Source of the DNA: Lama guanicoe
Lineage: Eukaryota
Direction: 5' to 3'
Assembly (NCBI GenBank): GCA_013239625.1
Contig: MU054187.1
Coordinates: forward strand, 13,052,974-13,116,973
Length of the DNA: 64,000 bases
The notes under the pieces are model-generated. The model was not told where the DNA came from. It made no database searches and worked only from the letters and a program-made list of their open reading frames with translations. Shown piece by piece: positions 38,671-52,504 of the stretch (positions are counted from its first letter, which is position 1; every line of letters begins with the position of its first letter). The translations under genes and the position numbers were made by a program.

Positions 38671-41600
38671 TGAAACTTCAAAGCCCTCATTTAAGTTTGG
38701 GGGGGTTGCTTTTTTGGTGGGAGGTTGGGGGGAAGTGAAGGGAGAGAAGGGTGGACGGGTTACAACCAGTTACAATCTGGTTGACAACAGTGGAGAAGAA
38801 ATAAAAAAGAAACTGAAGGTTTTTTTTTTTTTTAATTTTCAAGAAACATAAATATACTTAGGCTTTTTTAAAAAAAATGTTCAGTTTTTTAAAAATATGC
38901 AAAATTCACTCACATTCTTTCCCCTTTAGTCTTCAGCAAATATTTAGAATATACAAAAGACTTTTTATGTGGCCTCTGGGGAAGCTGGGAAAAAAACCAG
39001 CAGGATGTGGGAAGACTATGACCGTAGCCCCAGTAGTGTCCATGGTGTGTGTGTGCGTGTGTTTTCCTGGGTATGCAAACATATAGGACAGAAGGTAAGG
39101 ATTGAAAGCAGTGATGTAATGCATAGAAACGGGCCCAAATGCCAAGTTCACAAGGGCTTTTCCTTCACTGTGTCCTTACACTGACCCCCAGAGACAACAG
39201 AGGGCTTGCTTCTCGTTCCTCCTTCAGGCCGAGGAAATGAGTCTGGCTAAGTAAGGATGAGGCACTGGACTGGGAGCAGTGAACAAAGGCTGAAAGAAGC
39301 AGCATGAGAGAGTGAATTGTTCTCTTCTGTCATGGGATAAAGTTCAGTGAAGAAGAGAAAAGCGTTAGCCCCAGGATTCCCATATTTCTGGGACTTCCAC
39401 AGGGTCTTTCGCAGCTACTGAATGAAACTTGGGACACACACATCAGTCAGCTGGTTGACCCTACTCTTCCAGGAAGGTAATGCAGCAGGTTACCCAGCTC
39501 TGTGGGACCTGATTACCCAGAGCCGCCCATCCGCACCAGGAAACGGGAAAAGACTGATGCTCATCTCAAGGGAGTTTTAAGAGATGAAGGTGTGGAAAGA
39601 CCTTCCCTTTGTCCTGTGGAAAAAGACAAGAGAGATGGAATGTTGTGTTCAGAAAATTACAAGAATTAGTTTTGCTGAAGCACGCACTGCAGAAGGATGA
39701 AGGGCAGGAAAGCAAGCATCAAATTAGTCAGTGAAAGGGAAAGTGCATATTAACTGTAAAGCGCCAGGCAAAGTGTCCCATGTATCTTTAATTACCCAAA
39801 GGATGGCTGTGAGGATCACACGGGTCCATGCACTGGCTGTGATGGCTAGGTTTTGCTATTGTCATAAATGACTCTAGCCTGCTCCTGACCAAGCATGGCC
39901 AGGCATGGAGGTTGAAATCCCTTTGGGGTCGTCCATCTGCTATGGGTTGGGGTGGCAGGCACAAAGGACGAGTACAGTGACTTCCCTACCCCTGTCTGAG
40001 GCCCCACACTTTCATTTCCCAAATGATGTAGCCAACCTGTAACGTGAACTAGGCACGCAGGGAAATCCTCTTCAAAGGACAGGACAAGTTACATTCCTCT
40101 TATCACCCAGAAGGAAGCACAACCTTTCTTAGACCTCAGCAGGTTTTATGGGCAACATATTCTACACAAAGGGATCCTACTTCCACTCATTTCTCAGGTG
40201 ACTTAAAACATTACCTTGCAAACAGAGGGTGATGCCAGCAGCCCTGCCAAGTGGACCAAATGACATGGCAGGTCTATGGTACTGGTGACATCTGCCGTGG
40301 GAAAAGATGCTACATGGAGTGTATGGCTAGTGACAGCAAGAGAATCAGAACACAGACCTCTAGGATTCTGGAGCCATGCCATCTGTAGCGGGAATTATTA
40401 ACTGTCATTCAAAAGCAGCCCCTAGCATTCTACAGGGCCAGGCAGAGACAAAGCCCCTGACAGTGGTGGTGCCTTGTCTTCTGATGCTCCAGAGTTTCTC
40501 CCAGGTAACAACACAACAGCCTAGTTTGCTTGTCTACAAAGGAGACTGTAACATGAGCCATGTGTTTTGCTGTCCAGTAGCAAATCCTGACTCTCCATCG
40601 TAACCTTATTGCAGACTCCTGGAAAGCACCAGGGATCTATCATACCTGCTACCTTCAGGGATCATCCTGCTGCTCAGTGTGCCGACTCTGAGGAGTGCCA
40701 TCTTACCACACCTCTCCCTTCCATTTGCTGGCTGAGAGCACAGACCTTGGCTCCAGGCTGGCCTGTCGCAGGGGAACTGGAGGGTAGGGAACACATGCTG
40801 AGTTGGGAACCACACCTGTGAATTCTTCACTGGCCACATGGAAGCAATATGCAAAGTTCTGTGCCCCTATCAGTTGCCTTCAAATGCATATGCCAATCCC
40901 CCTAAAGGGCCTCATGGTCATTCATAAAACTAGATTCCAAGGCTGAAAATTTAGGGAAGATCTGACTGACTGATGTACATTTCAATCCAAAGTGCATGGT
41001 GGTATATATTACATTTTGTATATTTATTGTTGTGAATAAAACATAGCTTTTCAAATTCAAACTTAGCAGTGTTACATAAAGTGTCAAGATGGTTTCCTCC
41101 AACCAAAGATTCAGGTGAATATTTTAAATGATCAGATATTTCACATGGAGAAAAACTTGTGACTTTTCACCTATGTGTAACAAATAGGAATTTTATTTTC
41201 ATATTTTGAAACATTTTCCTTTAGATTGGCAAAAGTAAATCCATTAAATACAAATAGCGGGTTCATTCTAAAAGTTATGGGTGATATAACAGTGACAAGA
41301 AAGGGCTTGGGAATGGAGCAAAGTCACAGGCTAAGAATTTCAAATCCCATATCCACAGTTTCCTCATTCCTCTGAGTCACGCAAGAACTTTTAAACAAGA
41401 AGACAACAGACTTAACGAGAATAAAAGTACAAGTGAATAGAAGAGTAAACCAATTGGGGGGGGAAAAGGAATTTCCTGGTTTTGGAAGCTGCCATTCCAA
41501 GTTCTTAATTAGCTCTGGATAAATGGATTATGGTTTTTGTTTTCCTTTATATTGTATTTTTAAAGTGTATTGGGTCTTAAATTAAAACCTGCAGAGGTAT

Positions 41601-43349
41601 TCTCTTAATCCACTTACAGGGGGTTGTCACTGAGGTCCAAGGCATCCTAAGGGCGCTGTGATTGAGTTCAGGGCTTTTCTGCGTCTCCTGGAACAATGAA
41701 GAAAATTCTGTTTGATGTGCTTTTCAGTGACTGAAGAGTCCATAGCTTCTGCCAACTTTTTAAGAGACCTGTGAAATTCCCGCCCTCCCTCCAAAGATTA
41801 GGATCTCAGAAACAGAGCTTAATTAGCGCCAAAGGTTTGGGAGGGTGGGTAGAGAATCACGGTAGTATCAGGTTTCGTGGTTTGAGGGGCGGGGCAGAAT
41901 CATCACAGCAAGTCCCGAACGCCTGCTGTGGTGAAGACTTGGGACCATTAGACCTGGTGTTGAGGCACCATGCCTCACTCGGAGAAATCCCCATCATAAT
42001 GGTGGAGGCAGAGTCAGAATTCTAATGGTGTTAAAAGCGCTGTGCAGACACAGTGGGATTCTTCTCTACAGTGCACTTGGGATGGTGCCTCCAAGCCCTC
42101 AAAAACCTTGAGAGGCACACAGAAGAAACCGAGGTATTTGGAGGAATTGCTCTCTTTCCCTCGTGTTCCTACCATGGTCTTTAGATCATGAAGCTTCTGC
42201 TTCACTCCGCAGGGAAAACTTTTGGGAAGAGCCTGTGGGCCCCATTCTCCGAGGTTGAGTCATGTCTCCTCTCAGGAGAGGTAGGTCAGGAAGGAACGGG
42301 CCATGCGCAGAGCATCTCTCGCTCAGCATCTTCTCGCTCCAGAGAAGATTCTGCTGCTCGGTTCCCATGCTCCTCTGTGCAGCCCGCGTTGGTAAGAGCC
42401 AGGAGCCCGCAGCCCAGGCCGGACTCCAGCAGGAGACCTGCAGGACTGCTGCTCTCTTTCTGTCCCCAAAGAATTCGAGGGTAGGGTTCTGGGTAAGCAC
42501 ATCTGCCCTGCAGACCCAAATGCTCTCGCAAGTAGGTGGTCTCAAGGCCACGCAGGCGGAAGTGGAGAAAGAGGATGGATATCAGAGACTCCAACTGTGT
42601 CAGGTGACCTCCCGTTATCCAGTTCAGCCTGGGTTGGCAATAAAGATGCTATTTTATATCTTCATCTGCATGGCCCTATGTTACTTCTCAGGTAGTTCCA
42701 AATTCAGGGGTGGGGAACGAGGCCTGACTCCTTGTTGTCCCTTACAATCCAGGCCAGAGTTTCATAGAAATGAAATGATTTAATCAGGCTCGCCCACCTA
42801 GTAGGTGGTTTGTCCACAGTAACCACATTTTCTCAGTTCTCTTCCTTTGGCAAAATTCTGTACCAAGAAACAATCTTAGAAATTCAAGTGTATGATTGGG
42901 ATAATGTAACAAATTATTCGAAGTGTGGGCTAAGCCAGAAAGTTTCCCCAGGTGTAGCTCACTTATTCTTTAAGCAGCAGCTCTAATTTCACTTTCTACA
43001 CCGTCTCATTACTTGCTGTGGTGATTTAACATTCTTTGGCCTCATTTTCATCTGTAAAATGAGTTCGAGTAGATGGTCTTCAAAAACACTCCCATGTGAA
43101 CATTCCCTAAGTCTTTGAGCCCAAACCAATCTACAAAGATCTGTAACTTTCCTGTACTTACTTACCGTACAATTACTACCTTATTCTTCACTGTTCTATT
43201 TTCCACCTGTACCTATAATTTAGGCATGTTACCATAACATCATACTGTCCCGTAAGTTTTTGGAAGAGAATATCATTTGTAACCCTCTCTTTTGTGCCCA
43301 ACTCCTACCAAAAGCTCACCATCTTTTGTTCATCTAAAGGCATCAAAAT

Positions 43350-44260
43350 AGTAAAGAGGTAAGGCACAAACTGAGAGAATGGATTTGTAATTCATAGACC
43401 CAGCAAAGGACTCATATTTAGAACATATAATGATTCCTACAAGTGATTAAGAAAAAGACAAAAAAAATCCCAATTAAAAAAAAATTGGGCAAAAGCCACT
43501 AACAAATGACCAACAGGCATAGGGAAGGGTATTTCACTCACCAAGGAGATACAAGTTAAAATCACAGTGAGGTAACACTGCATAAGCACCAGCAGGGCTC
43601 AAATGTTTTAAAGATTAATAATGCCAAGGGCTGGTGAAGATGCAGAACAACTACAAAACTCACACATTGCTAGTGGAAGTGTATGTATACTGGTTTTGGA
43701 AAACAGTTTCGCAGTATCAGCTAAATCTAAATATGCATCTGCCCTGACCAGCCATTTCCTTCTGGAAGAAAGGAGAGCATATGTCCAACAAAGGACATGC
43801 ACAAGAATTTTCATAGCAGTTCTATAAATTATTTTTAAAAAGAGAAAGAGTCCAAATGTACGTCAGCGTTATAAAGGATAAATAAATTGTGAGTATTCAT
43901 ATAATAGAATACTGCATAGCGTGAAAAGGAATGAGCGACTGCTATATATTAAAACAAACAAACAGGGATGAATCTCACAGACATTATATTGAGAAAGAAT
44001 TAAAGAGTAGATTCAGTTTACATGAATCTCACTGTGAGGCACAACTAACCAATTGTGATGGAATCAGAACAGTGATGGGTATTGACTGGGCAGAAGGAAG
44101 AGGGACTTTCTGAGCTGCTGGAACTGTCCTGAATCTTAACCTGGGTGATAGTTTTAGACAAACATGTACTGATGTAAATATTCATCAAACTATACATTTC
44201 AGATATGATCTTTACATTTTTGCCACGTGTATGTTATGCCTCACTTTTCAAAAACCAACA
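43350..44260 (+). mobile_element. L1MC/MD-type LINE 3' region
   Basis: aaaggactcatatttagaacatataa, cacacattgctagtggaagtgta, acatgcacaagaattttcatagcag, gatgaatctcacagacattatattgag. Confidence 0.85.
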
Positions 44261-45509
44261 AAAGAGTAATAAAAGCCCAGATTCACAAAAGAACATTCAT
44301 GAGAATTAACTGAAAAATATCCAACCCACTGATTCCTTGGGATAGTCTAAAATTTTACTCTTGAATGAAAATAGACCTCCACAACTTCTCAACCTCATTG
44401 TGTACCTTTAGCTGCTAATTAGAAATTTACTGGTTTAAACTTTAGTGTTGTCTCCTGTCTATGTCGAGGGCTTTGTAAGAAAACAAGGGGAAATCTGATG
44501 TCATTCGGAACATAAGGATGTCAAGGACATTTTCTACCATTTCCCTTTTATGGAGAAGAACTGGAGAAAATTCTTTCAGTGCTCATGTCAAGAAAGCCAT
44601 TTCTCTTGAGCAACTGGTATGTTTTTATCCGGCGAGTGGCTGCACGTCATTATGCATTTGTCAAAACCCATAGAATGTACAACGGATACCCTTAATCCTA
44701 TAGCTGAACTTCCTGGTGGTCAGGGCAAAAAAAGGAAAACTCACATCAAGTTGCTAGCCACTCTTTCCTGACTCTCCACCTACCTCTAGAGCCACTCTCT
44801 TTTTGGAACTTTCTGGAATGTTCATCTTTGTTAGCTACTTTTACCCCTGGCTTCATTTTACCTCTATCCTTATTTTAATGACAGCTTAGTTTCTTTGTAT
44901 TTTTATCCCACTGTACTATTTGTTATTGTACTATGTAACAAGCACTGTAAATGCTTTCTTTCAAAACAAAAATGACAATGGAAAAAAGAGACACAATCAA
45001 ACAAATATATAAATGCATATACAACGCAACGGAGGGTACACACAATGGAGGGTATTACTGTTAGATACTGTTCAGCTCACTGACCTTTTTCCATAAGCCC
45101 GTTTTACCTCCTTTGCTATACTCGAAGCTCCATGGGTCTGGCCCACGTGTGAGTTTTTAAATGGTTTCAGGTAGACAGTAGGCGCTTAACAAGCACCATT
45201 TGCCTGCTTCTGTGCAATGAGGGGTGATGGCAGTGGTTTGAGATCATGTGGTGGGGAGCACGAACACATTTTTAAACCATGAAAGGACTCTTGCTCCAGG
45301 CCTGCAAAAACTTGCACACCATTTGGAAATTGGGTTATTTTAATTACAGTGTCATAGAGAACGACATGCATTTTAATCAACTTCAGTTGACAATGCTGCA
45401 ACCACATCATAGTCGATGCTGATTCCAAACCATCTAAAGAATTACTTCCAGGTTTTAAGAACTGGCAGCTTAACTAGGCCAGTTAGGAGCACAGCCCGCC
45501 CAGCTGCTT

Positions 45510-45535
45510 CCCGAGCCCGAGCCCGAGCCCGAGCC
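45510..45535. repeat. (CCCGAG)4 tandem repeat
   Basis: Seen directly. Confidence 0.9.
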
Positions 45536-46563
45536 TGCAGGATCCGGGCTTGGTCATTAGGAAGGTTCTGAGGACCAGGGTGCGAGGCCAAGTGTGATCT
45601 CTAGGACTGGGGCCCAGGCCCTGGGGTGGAGGCACCTCCCAGAGGCTGCGCTCTTCCTCACAATTTTCTCAACTACAGGCAAGAACTGAGCTTCTCTGCC
45701 CTTCAGCACAGTCAGCAAACAGCACCAGAGTTTTGCTTGGCACTTCCTTTTGACAACATCTTGCAGTTTACACAGCTGGTCCTCTATTATACAAGTTGTG
45801 GGTGACCTTTAGTACATAATAATGCCTTCAACTTTTGAGAAGCTGGTTGCCATTTTTGCCCACTGACCACAAGACTTCCTGAAGGGAGATGCTTCTGCAC
45901 CATCAAAACTGACTGACAAGGTTTCTTGATTTGCTTAATTAAGTAACCATGGGGTAGCTGATGCTGGCATAGTCATTTCAGAATTAAACCTTGCTGGTTC
46001 TTTGTGTTAACGGTATTCTACCCAGTAAACAAAACCATAGAATCATCTACAATTTATGGTTTTAATGAAGTAATTTGAAAATTAGTTATTTATAAACAGA
46101 TACTTGAGATATAATGGTGGGGATAATATTTATATCAATGGTGGGAATATTGGATACACCAACGCCAGTATTTATAGAAAACATAGAAGTACTTTAAAAA
46201 AAAATTCATGGGCTGATAGATATACATATTATATATATACACACACACACACATATGGTATATATATGTGTATTATATATTATAGATGTATATGAGAAAA
46301 GGGCATGATTTAGGGAGTTTACAAGGTAAGTCTTCTTTGAGAAACTATTGTGTAATTATGTTTTAAAATGTGACTTAAAACTCACAATGAAAAGTTTTAA
46401 TATCTTTTGGAAGGAGCTTTTAGAAGCAAAAATCCAGTGGGAAAGAATCCACAACATGAAAAGCTGTTTAGCTGAGAAGGTTGTAATCTGTTAAAACTTA
46501 AAAATTTTTCATTGAGGAAGCGATTTGTATGCTATTAAGAAGCACTGACAAGAAAAGAGAATG

Positions 46564-46905
46564 AAGTTGTCCCTCAGAATCCTAGCGGGATTGGGTCCAG
46601 GAATTGACCCCCGCCTCCACAACCCAGGATACCCAAATCCACACATGCTCCGTTATATAAAATGGTGCAGTATTTGCATACAACCTACACACATCCTCCC
46701 ATATACTTTAAATCATCTCTAGATTACATATAATACCTAACACAATGTAAATGCTATGTAAGTGGTTGTAAATACTATGTTGCCTGTGCACAGCAAATTC
46801 AAGCTTTGCTTTTTGGAACTTTCTGGATATTTTTTCCCCCCAATATTTTCAATCCCTAGTTGGTTGATTCCACGGATGCAGAACCCGTAGATATGAAGGA
46901 CGATG
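46564..46905 (+). mobile_element. MER2 (TcMar-Tigger) MITE, near full length
   Basis: gtccctcag..ggattgggtccagga, tatttgcatacaacctacacacatcctcccatatactttaaatcatctctagattac, cacggatgcagaacccgtagata. Confidence 0.9.
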
Positions 46906-47099
46906 AGAGAAAGGGAGTGAGCAGATAAAACATATGTAGAGCACTGGCTACTTGGATTGGGTACCACTGCTCCTTCTTGGGAGGAAGGTCATACAAAGCA
47001 AGTCACACTACTGACACTCAAATAATTGGAGATTGAATAAATTAGTGACTAAAGGAATAAAATAATTTCAGGTAAAGTCTCAAAATATTAGCTCTAAGA

Positions 47100-47260
47100 G
47101 AAACCTAAGCAGTCATGGGGTCTCATTTCTTCATTTTATAGAGAATATAAAACACATGTAGCCAAGTGGCATCTTTAAGAGACCATTCAGCTAATTAGTG
47201 GCAGTGGTGGGACGAGGACCAGGACTTCCGCTTCCCGGGTCACTGTTTTCTGCGTGTCAC
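47100..47260 (-). mobile_element. MIR fragment
   Basis: ttcattttatagag..cagctaattagtggcagtggtgggacgaggaccagg. Confidence 0.55.
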
Positions 47261-47422
47261 TGTGTTCTCTTTTTATTTTTAAAAGAAAGCAGGAAGAGAA
47301 AAAAAAGAAGCGTTGTCTGAGGAAGCTGAACTCGTTATTTGTGGGACCAGGTGGAAACTAACTCCTCATTCCCATAGATAAGGCTCAAAGAGAAGAGAGT
47401 TTTTAATTAGAGATTAAAACAT

Positions 47423-47664
47423 GATCAGTGTCCTTATAAGACAAAGAGGTTAAAACACACACAGACATAAAAAGAAGACAATGTGAAGACACAAGGAGAA
47501 GACGGCCACCTACAAGCCAAGGAGGGAGGCCTCAGTCATAACCAACCCTGCTGACACCTTGACCTCAGACATCTAGTCTCCAGAACTGTGGGAAAACAGA
47601 TTTCTGTTGTTTTAGTCACCTAGCGCATGGTACTTTGTTACGGCAGCCCTAGCAAACTAATACA
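47423..47664 (+). mobile_element. MLT1B LTR, 3' part
   Basis: gtgaagacacaaggagaagacggccacctacaagccaagg..ccaaccctgctgacaccttg..ggcagccctagcaaactaataca. Confidence 0.9.
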
Positions 47665-50600
47665 CAAGTATCCACAGCTTCTGCCCTTAAGAGTCAGAAT
47701 GAAAACTGCAACCCCAGATACAGTCATGTGGCGGTTGCTAACATAACAGCAGATGAAGGTGTGAGGCATATGTTGTTTCCTGTGACTGTGTTCAGCTTGC
47801 TGAATGTAGTCAACCAATCATCGTTATTTTAATAATAATTTGCATTTCTATTTAATAAGCAAAGTTGACTGTACCCAGCATCTAGTTCATACCAACCAGC
47901 ATTTTACAGGGAAGGAACTACTGGCCTTATCTTACTCTGGATGGCAACTGTCAGTCTTCCAGGAGCTGTGATCCCTAAGCAGGATGGTAGTTGGGTTTGA
48001 GGTCAAGTGCCAACTCTAGTCCATGGCAGTGGTCAACTGAAGTGTCATGTTTAGAACTGAGTCCAAGATGCTGTCTTGGTTTAGGAATAGGGGGCCGGTC
48101 GTAATGCCCACAGCAATAACCACCAGGGGCACAGGAGGGATGACAGCAGCACATATGCCCCAGAGACGGGACCAGCCAACTGCAGACCTGTTAGCTTCCT
48201 AGGAAACATGCTGATAACCTCACATGTTCAGCTATTTTTGAAAATTGTCTTAATAGACTAATAATGAATACAACATATTTTCAATGGAATAAAAATATGG
48301 AGAAGAGATGGCAGAAGGTAGAGACAGGAATGATCTGTCCCTGGCAGATGACACCCTCTGTCTGAAGGACGATGGTTTTGAGAATAAACCGACACATGCA
48401 CATATGCTCTTTAGGAACAGCTAGACCTCTTCTGCTCCCCACAATCTTATTTTTTCTCCCATTCACCAGCCTCACCACTCTACCTCCATGACTGAATATG
48501 CTCTCTTAACAGCTAAAAGGCCTAGAATTACACCACTGTAGGTTATCAAGTAAATAGTAACATAATAGCCATTAGTACACAACAGTAGAACTGTACAGAA
48601 GGAATTTGCACCTTTCTCACTACATAAAAAGACCACGGGGAATTAACTACTAATAGAAAATCACGTCATACGAGCTTTTTGAAATCCTTCTTATTCAATA
48701 CCATATATAAAGATATTTTATTCCCACTAGGGGAGAAATGGACTTTCATTCCTCTGAACATTTTAAATTATTGTGAGCTTCATTACATAGTATACGTTTT
48801 ATTTTTTCTAAGTGAAACTTTCTGTAGTGAATTTCAAGAGGCTTCTTTGGTTTACATAGGATGGGACTGGATCAATCAGGGAAAATTTCAAAATAAAATT
48901 CAGCTGAACTTTTTACAAGTTTCATTGTAAATCGTAATTACAGTATTCAGGCAGAATAGCTTTGCGCATAATTTCAGAGCTTGCCTTTGTAGATCTGAAA
49001 TTAGATAGTGCTTCATTTCACAGACTCCAAACAAACCTCAGAAACAACAAAACTGTCAGACAATCATAAAATTATAAAAGCTGTCGGTTCCCTGCAAACA
49101 GAAATGCATTATACTGTAAGGTTAATTCACTTAAGAGTTCCAGTTCGCTTATTTCTTTAGATTATACTTTTCCTCCATTTAATCAATGCATTATTTTAAC
49201 CAATTTCAGCAGGGTAACATAACGCTACACTATTTAAATAAAGACATGATGAGTAATAGGTTAAGAAAAATTCTTTTCACTTGTGCATTCAAATTACTCT
49301 TGTGGCCTGAGCAAGGTATACCCTCACCAAAATCAGTACTCTTGCAAGCAAAGCACAGAGGCAAAAGAATTTTAAGAAAGGTAGATCATTAGCTTCAGTC
49401 ACCATATAACATTTGTGAATAATTTGCTCGGTTTCAAAACGTGCAAGAAAAACGCTGCACATTTGAAATCTGGTGAAAGGTAAATGAAGACAAGGCCTAG
49501 AGAAAGCGCTACATGCCAAGGGGTAAAAACGGAGTGAGCCCACAGCTGCTTTAAGTCAAGCATTTATAATCTAAAATATGTAGAAGAAAAACACCCTGTA
49601 AATAACAGAATTAAGCATGAGTACCACATATGTGAATACGTCCAAGCCAAATTCAATAAAATATTCATTAAACAAGTTCACAGATAAAAATGGAACCATA
49701 AGTTTTGAAATTTGTAATAAGGTTCATTCCATTTCTTTTGGCCAAAGCAACACTGTATTTATAAACACAGCAATAGCAAACTCCCAAGTAGCTTATGAAT
49801 ATTTTCTGTCCTTCTGGAAGATACCACAATACAGAACATACTTAGGCGAACCACCAACCCAAAGCTGATGACCTTGCAAATTTATACTTAAAAAAAAAAA
49901 AGGAAATTGAGAAAAGCAAAATCCACACATTAGAGAGATAAACATTCGTGGTTCTTTAAAATTTAACTGCTATGAAAGATAATTCTTTTCTGCAATAAAA
50001 TGCTTGAAATATTCAAAATTACTACCATAGTATGGCCAGGACAATGTTTTTTTTTCCCCTCCACAATAAAAACAAGCTGTGGCCATAGCTCTGATTTGAT
50101 GTGAAATTCATTTTGAAAGTTCAATAAAATTTAATTCTAGGAATTATGGGAACTACTAGACTCTTAGATATAGTTTTAAGTCAACATTCTGTGCTGGTTA
50201 TTTTTTCTTCCCTAACAAAATGAATTCTTCAGAAGTTCTCTGTTTAAAAAAAAAATCCACCAAAATGACACCCACGATTCAATAATTAGTGACTATGAGT
50301 GGCCTTCCCCAGTGAGCAACAACATCTTAGCTCCCTTCATACTCCTACCGTGACAGGGGCTGCCTGGCCAGCAGGTCATCCCCCAGTGATGGCCCCTGCA
50401 AGCTCTGTAGGCACATTGTTCACTTAAAAACTAAAGTTCTGCGATAGGTGAGCAGTGAATTATTATTCTTAAATATCGGTCTTATTCTGAAAAAACTCAA
50501 ACCAAGATTTTTTACATTTTTAAGTCAAATTAAGTTTTTTTAAAAAAAAGCTCATGTACGAAGACACTCTGTCTAATTTTTAAAAATGTTCCAATGAATG

Positions 50601-51455
50601 AGTTTTAAGAAAAGGCCATATAGCTAAACTGAAATATGTAGAGGCAAGTCTGATAATCCCCAATTGCCATAAAACTCAACACCTGCAGCCTATGTAATAA
50701 ATCAGTTTGTGAATCTAATTGCTCTTGTTCTGCATGCTTCCATGAGCCTGTGGAGCTAAGCTAACACCATTGTCATAGCCTTAATCACAGCCAGGTTTAT
50801 TTTTGTTGGCAGCCTTATGCAAATCATTGTATTATGGGTCTTTGCACTTAATTCACTCAGATTATACCCTGATACTGAAAACAGACTGTAAAACAGGAAG
50901 GGATCTTCAAATTGTTTAATTAACTATGAGTTGTAATTTCTATTTATACCTACCTGAAATGTTATAGCTCCAACTGTGTTAAATATTCATAGGAAAACAG
51001 ATTATTCTGTTTCTAATTTAAAATACTTAAGCTTGCTGTAATTTAGAAGTTATAGTTACCCACAGAGAATATATCAGCATTTCTTCAATGTTTTAAGCCA
51101 ATTTCTCTTATTCTGTGAACTAACCTCTGGAACTAAAATTCATCAACAAAACACTAATTTACTAAATGGTACCTTAGTGGCCTAAAAGAGTTACAGCAAC
51201 TTCAAAATGGCCGCAAATTTTACCCTCTGTCTTTAAATCTTTTACCACACAGTCTTTCCCGGGAACCACAGGGAAACCAATTGTATCAGTCAATTACCAC
51301 CAATTATCGTTGGTCGATTAAATTCTCAAGAGCCAGAAAAATCTGATATCTATTCCACATTGTTTACCTCTTTCACTTTTTCTAGTACAGTGAACTTTCT
51401 AGAAAAGACCAAAACAAAACAAAACAGATGGGCCACCAATTAAAATCCAATCACA

Positions 51456-51510
51456 ATGCTGCACACCAGAAATTGATACATTATAAGTTGACTATACTTC
51501 AATCAAAAAC
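51456..51510 (+). mobile_element. Ultra-short (~55 bp) camelid-type L1 3'-end insertion
   Basis: atgctgcacaccagaaattgatacattataagttgactatacttcaat plus A tail; TSD aaatccaa(t/g)caca at 51443-51455 and 51511-51523. Confidence 0.85.
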
Positions 51511-52504
51511 AAATCCAAGCACAGTACATTCTCTTGCCCATGAAGGAGCTGTTGCATATTGGTATCAACATAGTTAGAGTAGAATTAATTTCAAACTTTT
51601 CCTTTTCCCATTGTGATGAACCTAGTTTCAGAACTTTTCTGGATGCTAATGTTTTTACACTGAGAAGTGGTAGGTAAAGGAGGAAGAGGATAGGAAAACA
51701 CCCCTACATTCACTCCAGGAACATTGATTGTTCGGTGGACATAATGCTTATGAGCATTAGCTCTGAACCATATTCTGTCTACCAGACCACATACATGGCG
51801 GGAAGGGCTCAAGGCAGGGGCACTCTTGGGATCTCTCTGCATGTGAGGAGAGGAGAGTCCCAAAGACCAGAAGAGAAATCAGGGAAGCCCTCTTCTACCG
51901 CTGGGCCATCAGTCTCTATGCCTGTTATGGTATATGGAATCTACATTTACGATAAAAAGGTAGCAGCAGGACTCAGAAGGGCACTTGAGTGAAGCATCAG
52001 AAACTACACTGTGGTCATGAGAAGAGCTAAAAATAAATGTCAAAAAAGAATGATCATTCATTGGTTCCAAATGTCCATCATTTTCATGCCACTGCTGAGC
52101 TGTGGCCCAGAAGCCTCCTCCTGATGAAAGTACCCATTATCCTCAAATAGGAACCAGGTTGTGGCTCAACAAATTTAATTTAGACAAGGACAAGATGCCT
52201 TCCTCCAGCTCTAGAAGGAGAAGTGGATTCTACACAGAATGGATCAGCCCTCAAGAATACTGGGGTACTAATCCAACCAGGGTGTAGTTGTGGGGCCAGG
52301 GACCCTCTGCTTGGAGATTTCCCTCACACCCTACATAATGCTCACCAGCACATATGGTCCAGCCCTACTTCCAAATGAAAAGTAGAGAGAAGGTCAGCTC
52401 TCATCACTAGTCAGAGCCTCATCAAATCCTAACTGGTCCTTGTCCTGCAATGACTTCTGGTTATACACCTTCAGTTTTATAAGGTATTGAGCATGTTCTC
52501 TGCA

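Noticed and set aside
42262..42783. 173-aa ORF as a CDS
   Set aside because: No recognisable homology; open frames are expected in this GC-rich patch, which has overlapping ORFs on both strands.
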